Below are positions 23,371 to 35,337 of a DNA stretch of 64,000 nt, piece by piece; the stretch's first letter is position 1, and every line of letters starts with the position of its first letter. This DNA comes from Octopus bimaculoides. Its lineage: Eukaryota. The notes under the pieces were generated by a model. It was not told the DNA's origin. It saw only the letters and a program-made list of their open reading frames with translations, and searched no databases. Made by a program: the position numbers and the translations under genes. The stretch is from NCBI RefSeq assembly GCF_001194135.2, contig NC_068985.1, positions 43,957,538 to 44,021,537 of the forward strand, given 5' to 3'.

Positions 23371-24224
23371 TGAAAAACAGTAATTCTTTATTAATTTCTT
23401 AATTCATTTAATATTGGATTTCTGTTTAGTTTGGAAGGCATTATTATACTTACAAACTTTAATGGTTGCTGTAAAATCCTAGAGGCCTAATTCAAAGAGG
23501 GCTGGGGACTTAATTCTTGAGGGACATTTCCATATATCAATATAATAATAGCATGCTAGTCCATCAGTTGGGTCAGAATCAAAGAAAACAGCTTTCCAGC
23601 ACATGCATTTAACTGGTTCCTCAGTGTTTTTTTTTTTACCAATAATTTCTTGATGTAAAATTCATTTGAAGGAGTTAGAATATTTTTGCTTGAGTAGTTT
23701 AAGTGGTATCAATCCATAATCAATACAGTTACTTATTCAATATGGAGAGTGCTCAACTATATATCAAGTATCAATATATCACAAATCATTAAAACAATAT
23801 CTTGATATACAATAACATACAATATGGATGTTGTAACCTTAGATTTCTAATATATATACGTATGTGTATTGTGTATGTGTGTATATATATGATATATATA
23901 CACACAGAGACAGACCTATCTATCTATGTATTACATTGAATCGATGATCGTGTGGTAGTTTTATCCTTTTTAATTAAGATTTTCTTTTTTTTTTATATTT
24001 CCATATGTTTTGTTGGAAATTTCTGTAGAACAGTTAGTTTCTAAATTCATTATCAACTTTTGTTGACTTTCACATTGCAATCTTCAGGATGAAGTGATGT
24101 TAATATGAGTTGCTGCTATTTTATAGAAGGAGGGCCAATATGATTGATGTAGACATTATCAGTAGAATTTGACTTTTGTCTGTTAGATTTAATATCATCA
24201 AACGTGTGTGTATAGTCTGTAATG

Positions 24225-24530
24225 AAGGTGTGTAGCTTAGTTAGGTTAGGGTGTTAGGCCCACGATTGTTAGGTCATGAGTTTGGATCCCAACAACGCAT
24301 CGTGTCCTTGAGCAAGACACTTTTTTTCATGTTGCTCCAGTGCACTCAGTTGGCAAAAATGAGTAGTACCTATATTTCAAAGGGCCAGCCTTGTTACATT
24401 CTATTTCCCAGAGAACTATGTTAAAGGTATGTGTGTCTGTGGAGTGCTCAGCCACTTGCATCTTAATTTCACGTGCAGGTTGTTCTGTTGATCAGATCAA
24501 TTGGAACCCTCATGATTGTAACTGACAGAG
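24225..24530 (+). mobile_element. SINE family C
   Basis: TGTCCTTGAGCAAGACAC core; body as in 11445-11745. Confidence 0.85.
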
Positions 24531-24764
24531 TGACAGAGAGAGGTGGGGGAGAGAGAGAGATATATATTGTCTGTTTATTTTAATGTGTTGTACTCTGAGT
24601 ATTTCTTTCATCATTAATTGCCTATTTTTAAAGGGAATTCTGTAAAGTATGTATATGTTGTATGCTAATGTTTTCTTTTCTAGTTTTGTATTACATGATA
24701 GAATGCATTCATTTACTCCTTATTATAACTGCATAAACAGCTGTGAGAGAATATCATGCAACAT

Positions 24765-25137
24765 ATCATTCTTGAACTACCTCTAGGTCTCCCACTAGTT
24801 GGCTCGGCTTGAAGAATCCATCTTGCAATTCTTCCCTATAATGTTCCAATACTAGAGCAGACAAGTAATGGCTCAATCTGGAAAAACTCCCTGATCTCCA
24901 AACTATGCACCCTCTCGAATAACATTACTCCAGAGATCCTTTAGAGGAACCCCATTTTGGCTACTTGTATCTGTAATTGTATTTTGGTCAATACCCAACA
25001 TTCATAGCCAAAAGTGAAGATAGGCATGAAAACCAAACTGAAGATAGAAGGTTTGGCTTTTTTACCAACCTCTCCTCTTCTGAGGATTGAATACAGGAAC
25101 CGGCTCATTACTGTGCCAGCACCTGTAATTCTAGTAG
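24765..25137 (-). mobile_element. RTE-clade (Rex3/Expander-like) RT C-terminal remnant
   Basis: RITGAGTVM..KKAKPSIF..PIFTFGYECWVLT..IQVAKMGFL*RISG..EPLL..SGRPRG. Confidence 0.85.
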
Positions 25138-25175
25138 CTTTAATAATTATTTCTAATTATTAATTGAGGTAAGCG

Positions 25176-25385
25176 GGCAAGCTGGCAGAATCATTAGCAC
25201 ACCTAATGAAATGCTTAGCAGTGTTATTTCTGGTTTCACATCCTGATTTCAAATACTGAAGAGGTCAAATTTGCCTTTTATTCTTTCAGGGTCGATAAAA
25301 TAAGCTCCAGTTGAGCACTTGGGTCAGTGTAATTGACTGGTCCTCTCCCCACCAAAATTTCAGACCTTGTGCCCATGGTAGAAAA
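25176..25385 (+). mobile_element. SINE family B (old copy)
   Basis: GCAAGCTGGCAGAATCATTAGCAC..TTTGCCTTTTATTCTTTCAGGGTCGATAAA. Confidence 0.8.
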
Positions 25386-25609
25386 AATTATTAATTAGGG
25401 TAAAGATTGTTTCTAATTGAAGCACAAGGCCAGCAGTTGTGAGTGGGGCAAGTTAGTCTATTACATAGATCCCAGTACTTGATTGGTACTTTATTTTATC
25501 AATCCTGAAAGGATTTGAACTTAGCGTGTAAAGAATTGGAAGGCATTTTCTTCAATGCTCCAGTGTTTTTGCCAATCCACAATTGTAGAAGCTTTGTCTG
25601 TTAAACTAC

Positions 25610-25960
25610 TATCTTCTTCTTATCTTTTACTTGTTTCAATCATTGGGGTATTGCCCTGAAGGATTTAGTAAAACAATTGACCTCAGTAATTATCTTTTTA
25701 AGTCTGATTGTTATTCTATCAATCTCTTTTGCCAAACTGCTAATTTACAGGGACACAAACCAATACCAGCTGTGAAGTGGTGTTGGGTGAAACAATCACA
25801 AAGACATGCTCTCATACATATATATACATATATGATGGGCTGCCACACAATTTCCATCTACTAAATTCGCTCACAAGGTATTGGTCAGCTCAGGGCTATA
25901 ATCAAAGACACACAAACCACAGGTTGCAAAGTGAGCTTCTTAACAATACCAGCCATGCTT
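25610..25960 (-). mobile_element. SINE family A (old copy)
   Basis: Tail through partial head as reverse complement. Confidence 0.75.
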
Positions 25961-26118
25961 GTGCCTGTATCCAGAATCTATTTTGTGTTTCATCACATCA
26001 CAGCCTTCATAGCTAGACTAATTACAATCATATAATAGATTGCATGCTGTGTCATATGATGTCTATACTTAATTCAGGAAATAAATGGCAGATATAGACA
26101 GCCAGAAAATAGTTTTAA

Positions 26119-26328
26119 CCTCATTGATATCAAATGGTCTGAGACAGTCTCTAGTTCTATGATACAAACTTTCTGTCTTAAAGTGATCTAAATTAAAACT
26201 TTCCAACAAAATTCCATGTGAATTTAAGTTCCAAATGATAGCTTCATAATGACAAAGTTATATTACTAATTCTTAAATTAACCGAAACAAAAGGTAATGT
26301 ATTTCACCAAAAATATGCTCGCAAAGCG
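26119..26328. mobile_element. Possible piggyBac-like MITE related to 5941-6141
   Basis: TTAA at both ends, degenerate TIRs, internal similarity to 5941-6141. Confidence 0.45.
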
Positions 26329-26454
26329 TTAAGATGGCTTGAAAGCTGCAACCTTGGCAGGGCAGCAGCTACTTTCTCTCACATGCTCTTGTTAATTTGA
26401 TTGTTTAGCCAAACAATGTCTGTAGTAAGACTAACATGCAGAAAGGGGTAAACA

Positions 26455-26640
26455 TAAATTAATTTATATTATTTACATTTGATGGATATTTGTCCTCATC
26501 TTGTTTGTTTTTAACACAAAGTTTCGGCTGATATACCCTCCAGCCTTCTTCTGGTGTCTTGGGGAAATTTCGAACCTGGGTTCTCATTCCTAAGATATTT
26601 TTTCCATGTTATTATTATTATTATTGTTGTTGTTGTTCAT
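26455..26640 (-). mobile_element. Penelope-associated repeat carrying a decayed minimal hammerhead motif
   Basis: Minus strand GACAC-CAGAAGA-A-GGCTG(10 nt)CAGCC-GAAA-CTTT-GTGTT at 26513-26558, next to an (ATT)n tract. Confidence 0.55.
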
Positions 26641-27700
26641 AATGTAAATAATGTACATAATTCCTCATTTCTTAAATATAGAACTGTATAACAAATTAAT
26701 GTTATATGATAGGCAGTGTATAGAATAATGATTCAATTCCTGTGCAGAACCATTTACATATGTAAAATAGTGTTGTTTACAATGAGGATGACAGTGGAAG
26801 CAGCAGTCGTAGTGGTGGTGGTGGCAGTGGTGGTAGTGGCAGAGGTGGCAGAGGTGGCAGAGGTGGCAGTGGTGGTGATAAGAATGGTGGGGAGGAGGAA
26901 TAGGAGCTCACCTATGGATTTGATGTTGCCTATGACACAGACTGTCACCAATATCCGGATTTGTCCATAAAGCAAGAATATCCTTTCAGCCAACTTAAAA
27001 AGCATTGTTATGCAATATGTTAGCCAAGGGATATATTTTAGAATAACAACAATTCAAAGAGAACACATCAAAGGAATCATTAAGCACACTGGATTCTTTA
27101 AATGCATTTAAAACTGCCATGCGACTCAGAAATTCTAACTTTAGGAAGCTACACAGGAAATTCAAGATTATATTAATGAGATCAGTAAACAACCACAAAT
27201 GGATAGTAATATTAAAATTATTTTCATGGAGACAGGCTAGTTATAAAAGCTGGTTTTTGATGAATTGCAGTCAAAATAGATTTGCCAAATTAGAATTTCT
27301 AAAATGAACCAGCTAAATGGAATTGCCATTATATGAATGGCATTTCTAAGTGTCTGTAGAATTACATTTACAGTAATTATTGGTGTTTGTTTGAAATAAT
27401 GAGGAGTATTAATGTTTTAGTGAAGAAAAAAATTCTTAATTACACAAAACCCATCAAGTATTTCAAAGTTTTCACCTCCATGCAGAAGTTGAAAGAACAA
27501 AAGTCAAACAGGTGTCCTTTTCCACTGTCCACAAGGCAAATTGTGCAAACAATAAGATGGAACTGCTCTGGGGTCTCCCTTATGACCAATAATGACAATC
27601 TTCAATGTGTTCCATTGCTAGCAATTAATATTTAATGCACCAATAATGTTATACAGGCAAACTTAGGAGGTACTTAAGCAATACATTCGTGGATAGTCAA

Positions 27701-27768
27701 TGGGTTGGATGTGGTGCTGATGAAAGAGTAATAACTCTTGAAATTTGTATATATACACCCATTCCCTA
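27701..27768 (+). ncRNA. Candidate type I hammerhead ribozyme
   Basis: CTGATGA (27717-27723); helix II AAGAGT-AATA-ACTCTT; GAAA (27740-27743); helix III A-U and U-A pairs; AUA cleavage triplet (27753-27755); helix I GGTG/CACC extended past a 1-nt bulge. Confidence 0.65.
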
Positions 27769-28616
27769 TCTTTTCTAATTTCAATCACATTGTTTGCATA
27801 GATGTATTTGTATATGAAATGTTGTAACTTTCAGAACTGGCTCTGAATTCTATAGAAAATCTGTAGAGATAAATTGAAAAATGAGAAGATTTTTTTGTCT
27901 ATTAATATAATTTCTAGATGAAAAAAATCTGTTTTCCTTCAAACCTAATTCTTTCTAATTTATTTACTTTTATTTACCCCGTTTTTAGTTTATTGTATTT
28001 ATATTTATTTTACCAAAATTTCTAGTAAATACTGAAAAAAAAAACAAAACATTTCCTAGTTGTAGTATTAGTGTTGTTGTTGTTGTTTTATTCAAAGACA
28101 TATGTTTATAGGTATAAGTGGAAAGTTCATACTTAGTAAAATGTGAAATTATGAAAGAAAGTTATAGAAAAAAAAAAGAAGAATAAATGAAAAAATGCTA
28201 AAAACAAAACAAAAACAAAAAAATGCTAAAAACAAAACAAAAACAAAAAAACTCAAACCAAATTGCATCACAGTCATTCGGAACTATGATTCTACATCAA
28301 TTAAGACAACAGTTCATACTCCGCTTGACATTTCACTGCTTTCTTAAACAACATTAGCAGTAGCTCCTGGCACAAGAACTGTTAGTTCAATGAGTTTCTG
28401 TTGCTGAGATGTAAAAGAAATGTATTGCATTTATATCAGAAACGGTTATTAAAATTCCAATATGTCAACAAGAATCAACACTATTCTGTTTTATGATATT
28501 TCACAGTGGCAAAGGTGAAAGTTGACCAAATAAATCTAACTGGCCATAAAAACAACAACAACAACAACAAAAAGAATTAGCTGTGACTTGGCTGAAGCTA
28601 AATTTTATAGGGATGA

Positions 28617-28957
28617 TCTTTTATTTGTTTCAGTCATTGGACCGTGACCATGCTGGGCACAACCTTGAAGGGTTTTAGTTGAACAAATCAACTCCAGTAC
28701 TTATCATTTTTTTTAAAGCCTGGTACTTATTCTATTAGTCACTTGTGCTGAATAGCTAAGTTATGGGGATGTAAACAAACCTGGCTACACCAGGCTCCAA
28801 TCTGATTTGGCAGAGTTTCTACAGCTGGATGCCCTTCCTAACGCCGACCACTTCGAGAGTGTAGTGGGTGCTTTTATGTGCCACCGGCATGAAGGCCAGT
28901 CAGGCGGTACTGGCAATGGCCACACTCAAAATGGTGTATTTTATGTGCCACCCGCAC
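28617..28957 (-). mobile_element. SINE A tail (28617-28781) fused to an RTE 3' UTR fragment (28782-28957)
   Basis: Abrupt junction GTAAACAAAC|CTGGCTACACCAGG between two recognisable families. Confidence 0.8.
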
Positions 28958-29166
28958 GTTTTATATATGTTTTAAGCTGTTTATTTTTAGATTTACTTTA
29001 ATTACTTACTTCCACTTTTCATCCTTTTCTCTTTTTTGTTAACATTAAGGATGGTCAATTCCTCGAACTTCTGTTTAACACCTTAATTGATATGAAACCA
29101 CATATCTTTACTTTAACTGACCAATCCAAGCTAATTTTATCTAGTCACAGTCTTCCATCTATTGTA

Positions 29167-29634
29167 TTGGATCATCCCATAAATAATGTGATTTTTCCAA
29201 TTGCATGAACCAAAAGTCGGAGGGGGATAGGATAAATTACCTGCATCAACTTGCTATAAAAACAGGTAGTAGTTTTACCTTGTACGTATTCTTAGTGCAA
29301 GTTTTGAAGAGTGCCGTTAGATTTTAACATTTATTTTTTCAAACCTATAATGGAAGTGACAAAGGAGCATATTTGGCATACTTTGCTTTATGAGTTCAAT
29401 AAAGGCAACAACGCAACAGAAAGTACAAGGAATATCAATGCAGTATACAAGGATTGGACAATAAACGTAAGTCAGTGTCAATGGTGGTTCCAGAAATTCC
29501 GAGCCGGAAACTACAGCCTAGAAGACAAGCCTTGTCCTGGAAGATCTGTAGAGCTCGATGAGGATGTCCTGCAAACCCTGGTGGAACAAAATCTCATCGT
29601 AACTGTTGAAGAACTAGCAAAGAAGCTTGAATTT
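29167..29634 (+). mobile_element. Mariner transposon 5' part (TIR plus transposase HTH domains)
   Basis: TA|TTGGATCATCCCATAAATAATG putative TIR. ORF from ATG 29350 reads MEVTKEHIWHTLLYEFNKG..NINAVY..QWWFQKFRAGNYSLED..GRSVELDED..ELAKKL, similar to the Hsmar1/Mos1 N-terminus. Confidence 0.92.
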
Positions 29635-30284
29635 GATAGAAAGATTATGTGGTCATGGCTGGAATGCCTATGATCATAGATCCCTTTGATCAGTGCTGAC
29701 TAAAGCTATGCAGTTAAGGAGTCCATTTTGCAACTCTATGCTTTCCCACTGTGAATAACTTCATCAGATTAAGTCTGACCACAAGCAATTGTTACATTGT
29801 ACTCTAATAAACACACGTGGCCTTGTTTAGACTGTATTTTATCTAGAATGGTGTTTATTATTATTATTTTTTTAAACACATCTGTTAGATTCTTATGTTA
29901 TAGTTTCACTGCACATATACACTTCCATACACATTGATATACTTTTATTTTTATTTTTCGTCTCTCTCACTATTATTATTGTTGATATCATTATTTTTAC
30001 CATTCACAACTTGGTTTGTAAATTACCCGATTTCCCTTATTGCCCCATCTGTGTCCTCTTATTGTATCTTATTTTATTTTAATTTAATTTTATCTTTATC
30101 TCATTTTACTTCATTTTATTAAACTTTTTTGATGTTCTTCAAAAGATTCCTCATGATTTTGAATCCAGTTTTATAATAAATCTATTTCTGTTTCAACATC
30201 TTTTCTCCATTTTTTTAATACTTGTTTATGGTATATTCTTATACCTACAACGAATCTCCTCATATATATATATATATATATATA

Positions 30285-30450
30285 TATACTCTTTTACTCT
30301 TTTACTTGTTTCAGTCATTTGACTGCGGCCATGCTGGAGCACCGCCTTTAGTCTAGCAAATCGACCCCAGGACTTATTCTTTGGAAGCCTAGTACTTATT
30401 CTATCGGTCTCTTTTGCCGAACCGCTAAGTTACGGGGACGTAAACACACC
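30285..30450 (-). mobile_element. SINE family A 3' half, young copy, running into a gap
   Basis: CpG-rich reverse complement of the family A tail. Confidence 0.92.
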
Positions 30451-30612
30451 NNNNNNNNNNATATATATATATATATATAAAATATTGGGCTATGTCCTCT
30501 AGGAGTAAAGTGGAAAAAGTGTGGCACACTGACACACTGATATTCACATTTATTCTATTGGATGTTTAATTTTGGGGAAACTTTATTTCAATCAAAGTGT
30601 ATTTTATATATA

Positions 30613-30649
<37 letters not shown>

Positions 30650-30692
30650 ATATGTATATGTATATATGTACACACACACACACACATATATA

Positions 30693-31080
30693 GGTGCAGG
30701 CGTGGCTATATGGTAAGTAGCCTGCTTACCAACCACATGGTTCCGGGTTCAGTCCCACTGTGTGGCACCTTGGACAAGTGTCTTCTACTATAGCCTCGGG
30801 CCGCCCAAAGCCTTGTGAGTGGATTTGGTAGATGGAAACTGAAAGAATCCTGTTGTATATATATATATATATATGTGTGTGTATGTGCATATAACCATCA
30901 CTTGACAACCGATGTTGATGTGTGTACGTCCCCGTAACTTAGCAGTTTGGTAAAAGTGACCAATAGAATAAGTACTAGGCTTATAAAGAATAAGTCTTGG
31001 GGGCGATTTGTTCAACTAAAGGTGTTACTCCAGCATAGCTGCAGTCAAATGACTGAAACAAGTAAAAGAATAAAAGAGTA
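30693..31080 (+). mobile_element. SINE family A, full length
   Basis: tRNA-like head (TGGCTATATGG; GGTTCAGTCCC), internal (TA)n/(TG)n, tail ..GAAACAAGTAAAAGAATAAAAGAG. Confidence 0.95.
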
Positions 31081-31936
31081 TATATATATATATGTATGTA
31101 TTAAAGAAAGCAAAAAATAAAACAAAAATGCTAATGTTCAATAGTTGGTTCAGTATGTTGACCACAGGAATTTCTGTCCAAGAAAGTTGTACATCACCTC
31201 CCTTTATCTCTCACATACCCACTTTTTTTCTCTCTCTCTCTCTTGTTATTACTCCCACTGCTACCATCAACACAACTAATTTTAATAAAACATCATGAAC
31301 TCTCCCTAAATTTCTGTCTTTTTTCTCCCTCTCTTTCTCTCTCTCTCTCTCTCTCTGTCTTCGCGATCACCCTCATCATCTCTATGCCTACTATTACTCT
31401 CACCCGAGCACTAGGAAGTGTCTTTGAATAGTGAGAGAGGTGGGGGTCAATGTGTGACACACTGGCATACAGAAATTANNNNNNNNNNNNNNNNNNNNNN
31501 NNNNNNNNNNNNNNNNNNNNNNNNNNNNNNNNNNNNNNNNNNNNNNNNNNNNNNNNNNNNNNNNNNNNNNNNNNNNNNNNNNNNNNNNNNNNNNNNNNNN
31601 NNNNNNNNNNNNNNNNNNNNNNNNNNNNNNNNNNNNNNNNNNNNNNNNNNNNNNNNNNNNNNNNNNNNNNNNNNNNNNNNNNNNNNNNNNNNNNNNNNNN
31701 NNNNNNNNNNNNNNNNNNNNNNNNNNNNNNNNNNNNNNNNNNNNNNNNNNNNNNNNNNNNNNNNNNNNNNNNNNNNNNNNNNNNNNNNNNNNNNNNNNNN
31801 NNNNNNNNNNNNNNNNNNNNNNNNNNNNNNNNNNNNNNNNNNNNNNNNNNNNNNNNNNNNNNNNNNNNNNNNNNNNNNNNNNNNNNNNNNNNNNNNNNNN
31901 NNNNNNNNNNNNNNNNNNNNNNNNNNNNNNNNNNNN

Positions 31937-31975
<39 letters not shown>

Positions 31976-32005
31976 CATATATATATGTGTATGTATACAT
32001 ACACT

Positions 32006-32039
<34 letters not shown>

Positions 32040-32389
32040 TATAAGTGTATGTATACATACACATACATTCATGTATACATACATGCACATACACATATGT
32101 AGATAACGATATTAGATATTAAAAATCACAATTTGACATGGTGTGCAATAAATAGGTGGATTAAGTGCACTGATAAGACTTAATCCTTGTATTTATTGCT
32201 TGCTGAGGAAACTGGATTACTGATTACACAAGCCCCCAGTCTGTCTGTCTGTCTGTCTGATACTCTCTCTTAAAACTTGGTATTACATAATGTATTTTTA
32301 TTTTTACATATTTAACTGTGATGTCTTTTCACCACAAAATAATTGGTCAATCAGTGCATCTTAGCAGGATAGGTTATAATATATTGTTG

Positions 32390-33000
32390 GTGCTGTGTTA
32401 ACACGCCTGTGTTGGTGCTGTGTAAACACACCAGTGCCGGTGGCACATAAAATGCACCCAGTACACTCTGTTGACAGGTTGGTGTTAGGAAGGGCATCCA
32501 GTTGTAGAAACCTTGCCACAACATACAGTTGGAGTCCTGGACAGCTCCTTGCTAGCCATCACCATGTCTAACCATCCAACTCATGTCAGCATGTGGATGT
32601 TAAACGATGATCATGATGTTCATGCCAGCATGGAAAACAGACGCTAAATAATGATGATGATGATGTGTGTTTGTATAGATGCAAGCATGGTTATGCTTAA
32701 GGAGCTTGCAGGGTTTTAGATTCAGTCCTACTCTGCAGTCTTGTAAGTAGACTTAGTAGATGGAAACTGTGTAGAAGTCTGTCATGTGTGTGTGTGTACA
32801 TTTATCTTTATATTTGTTCCCCACCACCGCTTTACGACTGGTGTTGGTTTGTTTGCAGCTTATTAACTTAGGGGTTCAAAAAAAAAAGAGAAGGATAGAG
32901 TGAGTACCAGACTTAAAAATAAGCACTTGGGTTAATTTGTTGGACCCTTCAAGGTGGAGCCCCGACATGGCTGCAGTTCAATGACCGAAACAAGTAAAAG
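32390..33000 (+). mobile_element. RTE 3' UTR/(GAT)n remnant followed by an old SINE A
   Basis: GGAAGGGCATCCAGTTGTAGAAACC..CATGCCAGCATGG..GATGATGAT, then family A from about 32680. Confidence 0.75.
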
Positions 33001-33259
33001 ATAATACACACATGTTGTTGATGCCATTGCAACAGATATTATTGTTGTTGCTGTTGTCATTGAGTCTACATCATTTTGTAGTTATNNNNNNNNNNNNNNN
33101 NNNNNNNNNNNNNNNNNNNNNNNNNNNNNNNNNNNNNNNNNNNNNNNNNNNNNNNNNNNNNNNNNNNNNNNNNNNNNNNNNNNNNNNNNNNNNNNNNNNN
33201 NNNNNNNNNNNNNNNNNNNNNNNNNNNNNNNNNNNNNNNNNNNNNNNNNNNNNNNNNNN

Positions 33260-33309
<50 letters not shown>

Positions 33310-33624
33310 AACAGTTGTGAGTGTGTATCTATATCTGCCTATATATGCGAGGGGTTTGACCACCATCACCCTCCTCACAGTTTGAGCAATCATGTAGAGG
33401 ATTCCTCAATTCGTTTGATCCCCATAAGTATTCCACCTGGTTGTTGGTGGCACCTGGTGGATCTGCCAATAAACAGAGTAGTCTCCTGTGATATTAGTCA
33501 TAGGGCTTGTGCTTTCATATTTGTCATCAGGCCCCAAATGGGCACTTTGCATATGGAAGTGAAATAGGGACCAGTGCTTCAACACATTGTGTTACTCTGA
33601 CTGAAAACCTGGTTCAAATGCATG

Positions 33625-34150
33625 CATCAAAGTGGATACCACTAAAGGTAGCATCACCCAGGTATTGAGTGGATATGATAACAGACTTAGTATCAACAGG
33701 AAAGAATCTGCTAAAGCCACCCAGAGGGCTAAACATGGGTGGTGGTGGTGGTGGTGGTGGTGGCAGCAGTGGTGGTGGTGCTGGCAGTAGTGGTGGTAAT
33801 GATGATGCTTGAGTGAATGTATCAGTGGACATTGGATCAAATAAAGTGGATGACACTAAAGGTATGACCCTAAGGGACAGGTGGGGGGTGTTAAACCCAT
33901 CCAGGACAGATTAAAACCACCACCACCACCACCACCACTTCCTAGCCCTCTGGGTGGCTTTAGCAGATTCTTTTCTGTGGATCCTAAGTCTTGTATCATA
34001 TCCACCTCATGTGGTGGTGGTGGTGGTGGTGGTGTAAATGCTTGAGTGAATGTGTCAGTGGACCTCGGATCAAATAAAGTGGATTCCACTAAAGGTGTGA
34101 CCCTAAGGGACAGGTGGTGGTGTTAAACCCATCCAGGACAGATTAAAACA
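33625..34150. repeat. Complex local duplication: about 110-bp direct repeat plus about 65-bp inverted repeat
   Basis: Direct copies at 33806-33917 and about 34038-34149. The inverted arm 33701-33731 is the exact reverse complement of 33943-33973 and extends to about 33667/34008. Confidence 0.9.
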
Positions 34151-34849
34151 ACCTCCTTAATTTCAATACCACGTGTACCAAATAACAGCTCTTGTTAATA
34201 ATAATTAACCCTATGTTATTCCATTCCTTGCAATGCACTGTTTATGTTACAGTACAAATAGCATGCATAGAAGAAGCCTCATTGTTGAAATAGACAGCAA
34301 TAGATGCAGTAGGTTAGAGTAATGCTTATCTCCAGCCCAATATGGCTGCTAAACATTATTCCTGTTACTTTCATTGCTGTCATAGACTTTCTTTCCTCTT
34401 CGTTACTGTCTTTTTCGAGGTGTTGCTATAGAAACAAACTAGTACATTACTTATGTGTTCCCACAGAGACATAAACCACTTTTCACATTTTGAAGTCATC
34501 ATTTTTTTCCTTGAAGCATCCTGCTTGCTTGTTACAGCACAGGCAATAGTATTTCTGCATCTATTATTTCATGGAATGTGGGTGGATTCTGTGTACGCTT
34601 GAGAAGCAACTTGATGGAGTGTGTAACATATATAAAACCAAGTTGTCAGTTTGCCATTAATATTTGTACATTTACCATGGTAACAAGAGCATTGAACAGA
34701 CTGATGGATGGAAACTTGAAATGGTAGAGTGACGAATACATAGGACTATCAATTTATGGATTCTAAGTTCAAACCTGCAGCAGGCATTCCTTCATGTCTC
34801 AGACAAAATATTTCATTAATATGCATTTCTTCAGTTCACGTATCTGTTT

Positions 34850-35320
34850 AGAATAGTACTCACTCCATATATTTTATAGAAGTACCTATTCTATATATAT
34901 ATCATACAGACACACCTATTCTGTATACTAAATAGAAATACATATTCTACATACCATATATGAATACCTGTTGAATATGTTATATAAATCTATTTGTTCT
35001 ATATATTATAAAGAAGTATCTATTTTATATGTTGTTTAGAATGACCTGGTCTATATGCTATATAAATGCACTTTTCTTTTACACTACACATACTATACAG
35101 AAATGCCTATTCTATAGACTACATAGAAGAGTCTACTCCATATATTTTATAGAAGACCTATTCTAGATATTCTATAGAAATATCTTATTTACTATACAAA
35201 AATACCTATTCTACTACAATATAGAAGCACATATTCTACATATTTCCTAGGAGTACCTATCTACACACTATATGAAAAAATGCCTTTTCTATATACTATA
35301 TTGAAATACCTATGTTAAGT
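34850..35320. repeat. Degenerate about 26-28 bp minisatellite (TATAGAAATACCTATTCTATA core)
   Basis: Recurring TATAGAA..ACCTATTCTA units across about 470 bp. Confidence 0.75.
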
Positions 35321-35337
35321 AATATATATATATATAT

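Noticed and set aside
30693-30770. SINE heads as genuine tRNA genes
   Set aside because: They lack complete acceptor stems and continue into multicopy SINE bodies.
31400-32106. Long ORFs here and at 40141-41312, 7343-7895, 8305-8818 and 49606-50439
   Set aside because: They are open only because N runs translate as X.
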